From assembly GCA_963666215.2 (NCBI GenBank), contig CAXWPL010000004.1:576001-640000 (forward strand): 64,000 nt of DNA, written 5' to 3'. Each line of letters starts with the position of its first letter. Position 1 is the stretch's first letter. The position numbers and the translations under genes were made by a program. The DNA is from Acidobacteriota bacterium (GTDB lineage Bacteria; Acidobacteriota; UBA890; WLXD01). The notes beneath the pieces are model-generated. The model saw only the letters and a program-made list of their open reading frames with translations. It was not told the DNA's origin and searched no databases. Shown one piece after another: positions 55,188 to 64,000 of this stretch.

Positions 55188-56629
55188 ATGCCCAATACAC
55201 CAACGTCGACCCTCGAGCCCCCTCGTATCGCCTGCTTCCTTCTGGCTGTTGTCGTCGCCATCGGCGCGGCGGGCGCCGGCTGTGCCCAGGTATCTCCGTA
55301 CGAGGGTCGGAACGCGACCGTCTTCACGAACGTCAACGTCTTGCCGATGGACAGCGAGCGGGTGCTCGCGGAACAGACGGTGGTTGTCGTTGACGGGCGC
55401 ATCGCCGATATGGGAGCGGCGTCGGAGATCGCGGTCCCGTCCGACTCGACCGTTATCGTCGGCACCGGGCAGTACCTCATGCCCGGACTCACGGAGATGC
55501 ACGGTCACTTGCCGAGCTCATTCTTGGCGCGCGACGACATGCCTCTCGAAGAGATCACCGAGATCGTGCTCTTCCTTTACGTCGCCAATGGAGTGACGTT
55601 GGTTCGCGGCATGCAGGGGGACGAGAGCCACCTGGAGCTGCGCGACCGCATCGAGGCGCAAGATCTGCTGGGCCCGCACCTGCTGGTCTCCGCGCCCATG
55701 CTGCACGGCCGACAGGTAACCGATCCTGATCAGGCGGCCGAGCTGGTGCGGGGTTACGCGGCGCGGGGCTTCGATCACCTCAAGGTCCACGAGGAGCTTT
55801 CGCTCGACGTCTACGACGCGATCGCGGCGACCGCCAACGAAGTGGGGCTGAGGTTTTCCGGCCACGTATCGAACAAGGTCGGCCTGCAGCACGCGCTCGA
55901 TGCCGGCCAGGCAACGATCGACCACCTCGACAACTACGTCGAGACGCTCGTGGCCGACGCCACGCCGGAGGAGCTGCAAGGAACGCTCACCCCGGTGCAG
56001 CTGATCGACCGGGTCGACGAGAGCGGCATCGCCGCGATGGTGGAGGCAACTCGCGCTGCCGGCGCCGCGGTGGTCCCAACGCTGGTGCTCTGGGAGACCT
56101 TCATGGGAGAAGCATCGGGCGACGAGCTGACCATGCTGCGGCCCGAGGTCCGATACATGCCACCGTACGAGATCGACCGCTGGACCGAGGGTGTGAATCA
56201 GCGCCTCGCGACAGGCAATCCCGAGCAGGGCGCTCGCGTCATCGATCTGCGACGGCGACTCCTGAAGGCGCTCCACGCCGCCGGCGTTGCGGTGCTGCTG
56301 GGAACCGACTCGCCACAGCTGTTCAGTGTCCCTGGGTTCTCGATGCATCGCGAAATGCGCACGATGGTCGATGCCGGCCTGACGCCCTACGACGTGCTCG
56401 ATTCGGGCACGCGCGCAGTCGCGGCTCTTATGGAAAGGGAGGCGACAGCGGCACGGTGGCGATCGGCGCTGTGGCCGACCTCATCCTGCTCGCGTCCAAC
56501 CCGTTGGACGATCTGGCCGCCCTCGATCGACCTCGGGGTGTCATGGTGGGAGGTCGCTGGCTCGACCGCCAAGCTATCGACACGCGGCTCGCTGAAATCC
56601 AGGATCGCTTCGCTGCGCTCAGCAACTGA
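55188..56629 (+). CDS. Secreted amidohydrolase-family protein, 1-bp frameshift near 56440
   Basis: PGLTEMHGH, NGVT, LGTDSPQ; the GTVAIGAVADLILLASNPLDD tail is in a shifted frame. Confidence 0.85.
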
Positions 56630-56795
56630 GCACGGATCGGGCAGGCACACCGGCATGGCCCAGCGCGGAGACAGGTGGGGCCGAGTGTGGACGCTTGTGC
56701 CCACTTGCCACTTCCATTGCTGGCCTATGGTCTGATACGTTTACGCATCGCGCATCTGTTCCGCAGCCTCCCCATCTGACCATAAGAGCGCATCG

Positions 56796-57710
56796 GTGTG
56801 TCTTGCTGTCCCATTATGGCGACGCGTGGCTCGTCCCGTCCATCGGCGTGACGACACGCATCGCCGCTGGTTCCTCCACTGGGCGCCGGCCCTCGCGCTC
56901 CTCCTGAGCACAACGATCTGGGCTCCGGCCGCGGCCGGACAGACCCTGAGCGGCGACAGTGCGTCGCTTGACCGACAGAACCGACAGGCCCGGGCACACG
57001 ACTTCAGCTATCTGAGGACCCCGAGCGCAGTGCGCAACTTCGTGAACTCCGGTCTGCTGGTGCGGCTCACAGGGAACGCCAACTACACGCTCAACGAAGT
57101 TTCGTACCCCTACGCGCGCGTCGAGGTGAAGCTGTTCGTCGAGCGCTTGTCGTCGCAGTTTCGGGGCGCTTGTGGTGAGCAGCTGGTGGTCACGAGCCTC
57201 ACGCGGCCACGTTCCCGGCAGCCGTTCAACGCCTCGACACGCTCGGTGCACCCCACCGGAATGGCCGTCGACTTGCGCCGGCATAACACGCCGAGCTGCC
57301 GAACTTGGCTCGAGCGCGTGCTGCTGTCCTTGGAGAACAGCGGCGTGCTCGAGGCGACGCTCGAGCGCTACCCGCCCCACTATCACGTGGCGATCTACCC
57401 CAACCAATATCGCGCCTACGTCGGCAAGATCACGGGTGGCAAAACAAGCGTCGCGAAGGTGGTCGCAAGTTCGGCGACCACGCCATCGGGCACGACTCCG
57501 CCCGGTTCAGCCGGGGCAACTCCGGCAACCGGTGACCGTTTCGCTGACGTCGCTGCCTACACGGTTCGGCGTGGCGACACGCTCTGGAGCATCGCCCAGC
57601 GACACGGCAGCACGCCCACCCGGATCAAAGAGGCGAGCGGTCTGCGCTCAACGCTGATCCATCCAGGGCAGCGGCTCAACGTGCCGCTCACGGCCACGGC
57701 CGAACACTGA
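56796..57710 (+). CDS. DUF5715-like putative zinc peptidase with C-terminal LysM (start uncertain)
   Basis: Signal peptide; VTSLTR, SVHPTGMAVDL, PPHYHV; LysM YTVRRGDTLWSIA. Confidence 0.8.
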   Translation: MCLAVPLWRRVARPVHRRDDTHRRWFLHWAPALALLLSTTIWAPAAAGQTLSGDSASLDRQNRQARAHDFSYLRTPSAVRNFVNSGLLVRLTGNANYTLNEVSYPYARVEVKLFVERLSSQFRGACGEQLVVTSLTRPRSRQPFNASTRSVHPTGMAVDLRRHNTPSCRTWLERVLLSLENSGVLEATLERYPPHYHVAIYPNQYRAYVGKITGGKTSVAKVVASSATTPSGTTPPGSAGATPATGDRFADVAAYTVRRGDTLWSIAQRHGSTPTRIKEASGLRSTLIHPGQRLNVPLTATAEH

Positions 57711-57779
57711 CGATCACAACGACTCGAGCGTCGGTTACGAGACCGGCAGGCAGGCGCGGGAGAAAAGCCCCGGCTGCGG

Positions 57780-58787
57780 CTAGCCGAAGTCGACGCGGAA
57801 CTGTTGCGACCCGAGCTTGATGCGGTCGCCGTGCTTCAGCCGCAGCGGTCCCTCTAGCCGCAGGTACGTGCCGTTGCGGCTGGCCAGATCCTCGAGCACG
57901 GGCTCCCGGCTGCCGAACCGGATGCGCGCGTGTCGCGACGACATGTAACGATCGCGCGGCAACACGATGTCTCCCTCGCGCCGGCCAATCACCGCGATAT
58001 TGTCGTCGAGCACGTACCGGTTACCGTCGGCCTTCTTGTCGGTAAGCACCGTCACTATGCCGCGCGTGACCCCACGGGCCGGGGTGATGGCGACCGTGCG
58101 CTCGGAGTCGGAGTCGGCCGCGTCCGCTGGCGGCTCCTCCGCTGGCGGCTCCTCCTCTGGCGGCTCCTCCTCGCTGAGGTCGTAGCGCAGCAGGTGCTTG
58201 CCGACGAGGATGACGTCTCCGTGAGCGAGCCGATGCGGTTTGCGCAGCCGCTGAAAGATGCCGTTCCGGCTGTCCAAGTCCTCCACCGTGAGATGGCCGT
58301 CGGCGTAGCTGAACCGCGCATGCGGGTTCGACAGGTGGATGTCGGTCGGAAAGCAAATGTCGCCTTTCTCGCGCCCCATCGTGAGCTCCATGGCGGCGAG
58401 GTCGTGCCGCGAGAGCTCCTCGTTACCTTCGCCGACGCGGACCCGCGTGGCGAACCCACTCGTGCCCCGGCCGCCGTACATCACGGTGAGCTCTGGTGGC
58501 GGCGGCACAGCCGGCATGCTTCCCGAATCTGTTGAGCTGCCTGGCGTCGAAGCGACTGCGACCATCGAAAGCTCCGTCTTGACCTCGTTGGCAGCAGACT
58601 TGATGGCGGCGGCCGCGCCTTCGCTGCAGGCAGAGCAGGCGTCTTCGCCTGGATCGAAGTACGCGCCACAGGCAGAACACCTGCGATCGTGGCTCTGATT
58701 CCGAGACGAACGACGTCCAAACCGCACAGTGTCACTCCTCTGAGCGAGGTCAGGAACAGCAAAAAACGAACAACCCGATAACGACAC
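57780..58787 (-). CDS. Zinc-ribbon + double FHA domain protein (start uncertain)
   Basis: CSACG...CSAC; two FHA motifs GR...S..HA...DL.SRNG. Confidence 0.85.
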   Translation of the reverse strand: MSLSGCSFFAVPDLAQRSDTVRFGRRSSRNQSHDRRCSACGAYFDPGEDACSACSEGAAAAIKSAANEVKTELSMVAVASTPGSSTDSGSMPAVPPPPELTVMYGGRGTSGFATRVRVGEGNEELSRHDLAAMELTMGREKGDICFPTDIHLSNPHARFSYADGHLTVEDLDSRNGIFQRLRKPHRLAHGDVILVGKHLLRYDLSEEEPPEEEPPAEEPPADAADSDSERTVAITPARGVTRGIVTVLTDKKADGNRYVLDDNIAVIGRREGDIVLPRDRYMSSRHARIRFGSREPVLEDLASRNGTYLRLEGPLRLKHGDRIKLGSQQFRVDFG

Positions 58788-58990
58788 CCGGGATCAACGA
58801 TAGTCTCGCGTCGAAAGCGATCCTGGGCCGGCGCGGGCACCGGACCGGTCAAGGGTAGAAGGAAGAGCGCCCTGAGCGCGACCTCTACGACGATCTCGTG
58901 TACTTGGGCTCGGAGGTATCGTAGGCTCTGGGGCTATCCTGAGGGTGCCGTCTGCGCACGGCACCCTCAGTCGACGTTGGGAGCAGGCTG

Positions 58991-60805
58991 TTGGACGAGA
59001 ACGAGCACGAGCACGAGATGTTCGGGTGCTACGAGGTGAAGGGCGTTCTCGGCGAGGGCGCGATGGGCCTCGTCTACCGTGGCGAGGATCCCGTGATTGG
59101 TCGCCAAGTCGCGATCAAGGTCCTCCATCCGAACGTCCGCGGCGCCGCGGCTGCCGAGCACGCTATCCGTTTCGAGCAAGAATTCCGCGCCGCCGGTCGC
59201 CTTTCGCACGCCAACGTCGTGCAAGTTTACGACGTTGGCCAGGAGGGCGACGCCTGGTACATCGCGATGGAATTTGTCGAGGGCGACGCGCTCGACGATC
59301 TGCACAAGCGGTCGAGCCTCGCCCCCAACCGCACGGTGCAGATCCTGTCCGACGTCGCCAAGGCGCTCGACTACGCGCACCGCAACGGGATCGTTCATCG
59401 CGACGTGAAGCCCAGCAACATCATGGTTACGTCGGAAGGTGAAGCGAAGGTCGCCGACTTTGGCATCGCCAAGCTCACTGACACGTCGATGACGGCAACC
59501 GGCAGCGTGCTCGGCACACCGGCCTACATGTCGCCCGAGCAGGCCAAGGGCATGCAGATCACCGGCGCCTCGGACCTTTTTTCGCTCGCGGTGATCGCCT
59601 ACGAGTTCTTGACCGGCGAAAAACCGTTCGAGGCCGACTCTCCGTCGACCTTCCTCTACAAGATCGTCCACGAGCGGCCCGCCACGCCGAGCCAGGTCAA
59701 CTCGGAGTTGCCCACGGCAATCAACCGGGTGCTGTTGCGCGCGATGAGCAAGAGCCCGGAGAACCGTTACGCCACCTGCGTCGAGTTCACCGATGCTCTG
59801 ATGGAGGCGTTAGCGGCAGCGCCCGCCACGATGATGGCGACACTCGTCGATATGCCGATGACCGCTTCGCCGCACGCCAAGAAAAAAGCGGGCATGGCCG
59901 CGGCCGCCATAGTCGCCGTAGTCGCAGCCGGCGTCGCCGCTTGGGTGTTTTGGCCCTCGTCGAACGGAGTCATTGATCCAGCCGGCACCGGCAACGCAGC
60001 GGGCGTCGCCGCAACCGACAGCGAGGTTGCGACCGACCCAGCCGCCGCCGATGTGGGAGGCACGGGCGCGGCCACGGGCACAACGGGGACGCCGGCGGAA
60101 GCGGACGCCGGCACTCCGGTTAGCCCCGTCTCCGCACCAGCCCCTGTACCGGTTGAGATCTACACGGTGAGGAGCGAGCCCAGCGGCGCGAACGTATCGC
60201 TCGATGGAGAACAAGTAGGGGTGACGCCGCTCGACGTCGAGCTCAGTCCCACCGGGCAACATCGAATCGTGGTCGACGCGGAGGACTACCGGGCGGCGAG
60301 CTGGTCGTTCACGCTCGACGACATGAGCGCCGAACAGCTGACCACGCGCGAGCTCCGATTCCCACTGCAAGCCGACATCCCACCCGGCTCCGTTCGGTCG
60401 AGCGCTTCGTACGCCGTACGCGTTGTCGCCTCGGCGTCAGGCCAACGCGAGCGGCGCATGAATGTCGGAGCAAGGGGGACCTTCGAGCTCCCCGAAGGAC
60501 GCTGGCAGCTTCGGGTCTCGGCGCCCGAGGTGTTCCTGGATCGAACGGTGAGCGTCAGCGTTGCCGCCGGGCGAACCGCACCACTCGAGCTCGCCGAGCC
60601 GGTGACCATCCAGGTCGCCGCGGCACCCGGGAATTGTCGCGTCAGCATCGATGGGCGTTTCGTCGACGTGACCCCGTTCGGTGTGGCGATCGTGCGGGGA
60701 GAGCACGAGATCGTTTTCGACTGGCCCGGCCTGGGACAGACGATCACACGGACCGAGCGGGTCGTGCAGGACGGCCAGCGCTTCTTCGTCACGGCGCCGC
60801 AATGA
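58991..60805 (+). CDS. Membrane Ser/Thr protein kinase with extracellular PEGA domains
   Basis: LGEGAMG, VAIK, HRDVKPSN, DFG, YMSPEQ; TM segment; SEPSGANVSLDG. Confidence 0.93.
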   Translation: MDENEHEHEMFGCYEVKGVLGEGAMGLVYRGEDPVIGRQVAIKVLHPNVRGAAAAEHAIRFEQEFRAAGRLSHANVVQVYDVGQEGDAWYIAMEFVEGDALDDLHKRSSLAPNRTVQILSDVAKALDYAHRNGIVHRDVKPSNIMVTSEGEAKVADFGIAKLTDTSMTATGSVLGTPAYMSPEQAKGMQITGASDLFSLAVIAYEFLTGEKPFEADSPSTFLYKIVHERPATPSQVNSELPTAINRVLLRAMSKSPENRYATCVEFTDALMEALAAAPATMMATLVDMPMTASPHAKKKAGMAAAAIVAVVAAGVAAWVFWPSSNGVIDPAGTGNAAGVAATDSEVATDPAAADVGGTGAATGTTGTPAEADAGTPVSPVSAPAPVPVEIYTVRSEPSGANVSLDGEQVGVTPLDVELSPTGQHRIVVDAEDYRAASWSFTLDDMSAEQLTTRELRFPLQADIPPGSVRSSASYAVRVVASASGQRERRMNVGARGTFELPEGRWQLRVSAPEVFLDRTVSVSVAAGRTAPLELAEPVTIQVAAAPGNCRVSIDGRFVDVTPFGVAIVRGEHEIVFDWPGLGQTITRTERVVQDGQRFFVTAPQ

Positions 60806-62340
60806 GAGCGACGCTGGGAAGCAGCCGCGGCTGCCTGAGGCTCGCTAGCGCCCTCGCGGCCCTGACGATGGCTGTTTCGGGCGCCAGTGCCGGAGGCCAG
60901 GACAGCGCGACCGCGCGACGACTGCTAGAGCGCGCCTCGGAACTACTCGCCACAGGAGACGCACCCGCAGCCGTCGACGAGCTCCAGGTGCTGTTCGAGC
61001 AGTTCGGCTCCAGCGACGTGGCGCCGGAGGCGATGGTGCTCCTGGCGCGAGCACAGAACGAGAGTGGCCTGTTGGACGCCGCCATTGAGACCGCCCGAAG
61101 ACTCGTCGAAGAACATCCGCGCAGTCCCTCCGGTGCGGGTGGCATGGTGCTCCAGGCCACCTTCGAGCTCCGCACCGCCACGTCGCTCGCCGACCTGGAG
61201 GACCTGCGCGACCGGCTGGCGAGAGTGGCGTTGCTCTACCCCACGGGAACCTACCCCCGACTGGTATGGCGACCCGCAGCCAGTGTCCTGGGAGGCGAGA
61301 TCGAGTTGCGGCTCAACAACGCCGACAGCGCGGCGAGCCGATTCGCGGCGGCGTTGGAGCCCTGGGCTGAGCCGCGCTGGCGCGCCCGCGCGATGGTGGG
61401 ATTGGGCCGCGCTCTGTTGGCCGAGAACGAGTGGGAAGCCGCCGCCCACATGCTGCAGCGCGGGCTGGCGGAAGAGCCGTTCGCGGCCTCGACAGCGGCG
61501 GCGCAGGCGCGCGCCCTGCTGGCTCTCGTGCACCGGCGACACCTCCGCACCCAAACCGGCGGCCGACCGTGGATCAGCACGCGCTCGATCACCCGCGCTA
61601 GCGCGGTTCTCGAGCGTCCAATCGGCATAGCGGCCAGCCTGACCGGGGAGCTCCTGGTGGCGGACGAGGGCGTTCCCTTCGTATCGTATTTGGCCGCCGA
61701 CGAGAGTCCGATCGCTAGCAAGAACTCGATGCCCGACGCCGCGCACCCATGGTTCGGCCCCGACGGCACGCCTCTCGTCGCTCTCGAGCGTTCTATACGA
61801 GCACCTTTCGGCAGTGATCGATCCGTCTACTATGCTCCCGATGGCGGCAGCTCGAAGCCACTCGAGAAGATCGTCGCAGCGGCAGAGGATCCGTTCGGCG
61901 GGCGCATCGTCGCCTATGACGACGGCAACCGCGTGGCGCGGTTCCACGCCGACGGCAACTCCGCCGGCATGGTCTTCGGCGGACAGCGCGTTCAGATCCG
62001 CGACATCGTTGCGCAGGGCGCCGACTTCCTCCTGCTCGACGGGCGCGAAAAAAGACTCTACCGCCTGGGACCGCAAGGCGCTGCGCAAACGGTCGTTTCC
62101 TCCGGTAGCTGGCGGCGACCCGAGGCTGTCGACATCGACCTGCTGGGCAACCTCTACGTGCTCGACCGCGACGAGGGTCGCATCTACGTGTACAAACCCG
62201 ACGGCACGCAGCTCGAGCAGAGCGGTCCCGATCTGCCGGGCGGCGGTCGCCTCGACGACCCGCGCGACCTGGCCGTTGACGGGGCGGGACGACTGTTCGT
62301 CGCGGATCGCGGCGCCAAGAAGATCTGGGTAGTCGAGTGA
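60802..62340 (+). CDS. Secreted TPR + NHL beta-propeller protein
   Basis: Signal peptide, BamD/YfiO-like TPRs, RPEAVDID...LYVLD, DPRDLAVDGAGRLFVAD. Confidence 0.75.
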   Translation: MRATLGSSRGCLRLASALAALTMAVSGASAGGQDSATARRLLERASELLATGDAPAAVDELQVLFEQFGSSDVAPEAMVLLARAQNESGLLDAAIETARRLVEEHPRSPSGAGGMVLQATFELRTATSLADLEDLRDRLARVALLYPTGTYPRLVWRPAASVLGGEIELRLNNADSAASRFAAALEPWAEPRWRARAMVGLGRALLAENEWEAAAHMLQRGLAEEPFAASTAAAQARALLALVHRRHLRTQTGGRPWISTRSITRASAVLERPIGIAASLTGELLVADEGVPFVSYLAADESPIASKNSMPDAAHPWFGPDGTPLVALERSIRAPFGSDRSVYYAPDGGSSKPLEKIVAAAEDPFGGRIVAYDDGNRVARFHADGNSAGMVFGGQRVQIRDIVAQGADFLLLDGREKRLYRLGPQGAAQTVVSSGSWRRPEAVDIDLLGNLYVLDRDEGRIYVYKPDGTQLEQSGPDLPGGGRLDDPRDLAVDGAGRLFVADRGAKKIWVVE

Positions 62341-64000
62341 ACGGTTGGGGTCGGGGTGCGTTCTCTATGTACTTGCTGGGCGTCCTCGCCGCATCGACAG
62401 CCCTGGCTCCGCTCAGCGCCCTATCCTCGCCAGCCGAACCACGAACGCGGAACGCGGAACGCGACAGGCCGCCGGCGACCTCGCCGAGCTGCAGGCCGCG
62501 TTCGACCGGGCGCGGAGCGTGTTCAACTCGGCAGCCCAGCCCGATTCGATCCAACTACTAGCCGAGATCATCGACTCTCTCGAGGTCGCCACCACCACCG
62601 CGACATCGGGAGTCGACTCCGACGGGGCGGGCGTCACGGCGCTCCTGGCACAGGCACTGTCGCTGCGCGCCCAAGCGCAACTGAACATCGGGGAAGACGC
62701 CGACGCCGACGCCGACCTGCGCCGACTCATCGTGCTCAGCCCAGATGCCCGGCTCGACCCGTCGCTCGTCTCTCCCAAGCTGGTCGAGCTCCTCGACAAC
62801 GCGCGATTCGAGCTCATTGGCATGCTCCGGGTGACCCGCGATCCGCCCGATGCGGTTGTGTTCGTTGACGGCGTGGAACGCGAATTGATCGGAGACGGGC
62901 TCTCACTCACGGCCGGCTCGCACCAGGTTGCCGTGGAGCGCCTCGGATACACCTCGGTGCGCAACGAAATCGAGATCATCGCCGGCGAGGTGGTCGACGT
63001 CGATGGCCTGCTCGAGCGCGTCAGCGCCGTCGTAACAATTCTCACCGCGCAGCCTGGAGCATCGGTAGCCGTCGATGGAGTCGACAAAGGACTCACAGCT
63101 TCTTCCGACGGCGACGGCTCGCCAGCCATGCTCGTGTTCGACGGCGTGGTCCCCGGGCAACACACGATCACGATCACCCGAGCCGATTACCGCCCGGTCG
63201 AAGACAGCGTCGCGGTGGACGACCTGACGAACTACAGCATCGGGCCCGTGAGCCTGGAACCGACCGCGGGAATGCTCGTGCTCCGAGGCTTCCCCACCGG
63301 CGCCCGACTGCTCGTTGACGACATCGAAACCGCTTCCACCCGCTCCGACGCCGGGTCTCACGTCGTTGACCTTCCGCCCGGCGACCACGCGGTGGTGGTC
63401 GACGGCGGAGCTCTTGGATCTTTCGCGCAGCAGCTGACGCTTGCCGATCTCCAGCAAGTCGAGATCACCGTGGCGCTACGGCCCACGGTTGGCTTCCTCG
63501 GCGTGTTGGGCGACGACACTGTTGGCGCGGAGCGACTCGTGGAGGCTCTCGAGAGCGCGACCACCGGTGGCGCCTGGCTGATGCGTCCACAGCAGGGTGG
63601 TAGCGAGCTTCTGGGCTCACCGAATGACCTCTTCGACGTCGATCTGCTGCGCGACTTGGCACGCACCGGCGCCGCAGCTCATCTGGCCTCTGGCTCGCGC
63701 CCGCGCGCAGAGCCTCCAGCGCTAGCGAGCGAGGCTCCCAGGTTGCGCGTGCTGGCGGCGATGGGCGCGCGCCAGCCGCCCGCCGAAAGCCTCCAAATCG
63801 TCGGCCGCTGGGACATCCTGCACGCCACCCCCGACGAGCTCATGCTGTCGCTCACCGCCGATCAGCCGCTGTTCGCCGGTGCGCCAAGCATCGGTGGCGA
63901 TCAATTGGAGGGACCGGCCAGCGGCGTACGCCCGGTCTTCGCACCGCACTGTCGGGGAGGCGCCACATCCGTCTTTCTCGAACCGCCGGAGAAAGCCTTC
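62337..64000 (+). CDS. Secreted TPR/PEGA-domain protein, frameshifted at a heptamer repeat; runs off the window
   Basis: Signal peptide from GTG 62337; the long open frame from 62465 (QAAGDLAEL...DPPDAVVFVDG...QPGASVAVDG) has no stop that I found before 64000. Confidence 0.7.
62443..62463 (+). repeat. (GAACGCG)3 simple sequence repeat
   Basis: Three perfect 7-mers just after the signal-peptide coding region. Confidence 0.95.

Overview
High-GC bacterial DNA, most likely Acidobacteriota (inferred from two PadR + ADOP-type duplicated ABC permease pairs). The window has three zones. (1) 1-~17 kb is a decayed defence/integrative island: AlbA_2 gene end, GmrSD-AlbA_2 fusion, NucS-like nuclease, a six-repeat HTH protein, truncated DEAD/DEAH helicase, HNH, helicase and MBL fragments, AIPR, TerS-like remnants, a recurring GC-rich non-coding motif, and a satellite/PICI-like integrase-regulator-XRE-excisionase module. 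That module's att core is the 5' half (not the usual 3' half) of tRNA-Arg(TCT), flanked on both sides by arm-type repeats. IS481 and several IS3 elements interrupt the island. (2) ~17-24.6 kb is an IS-scarred region (IS256 with TSD, IS6, an IS6-type MITE, an IS3 stub) with damaged DUF885-like, PQQ dehydrogenase, hydrolase and MscS genes. (3) 24.7-64 kb is mostly chromosomal backbone: PadR/ABC transporters, type-2 IleRS, NagB-like, PLP decarboxylase, GNAT, an A1-type cytochrome c oxidase operon, M20 peptidase, amidohydrolase, LysM peptidase and an FHA/Ser-Thr kinase/TPR-NHL/PEGA cluster whose last gene is out of frame because of a 7-bp tandem repeat. Many 1-2 bp frameshifts, mostly in homopolymers, may be long-read errors; several larger internal deletions look like real decay. 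No CRISPR array, rRNA or complete tRNA was seen. All family calls are from motif recognition by eye, not database searches.
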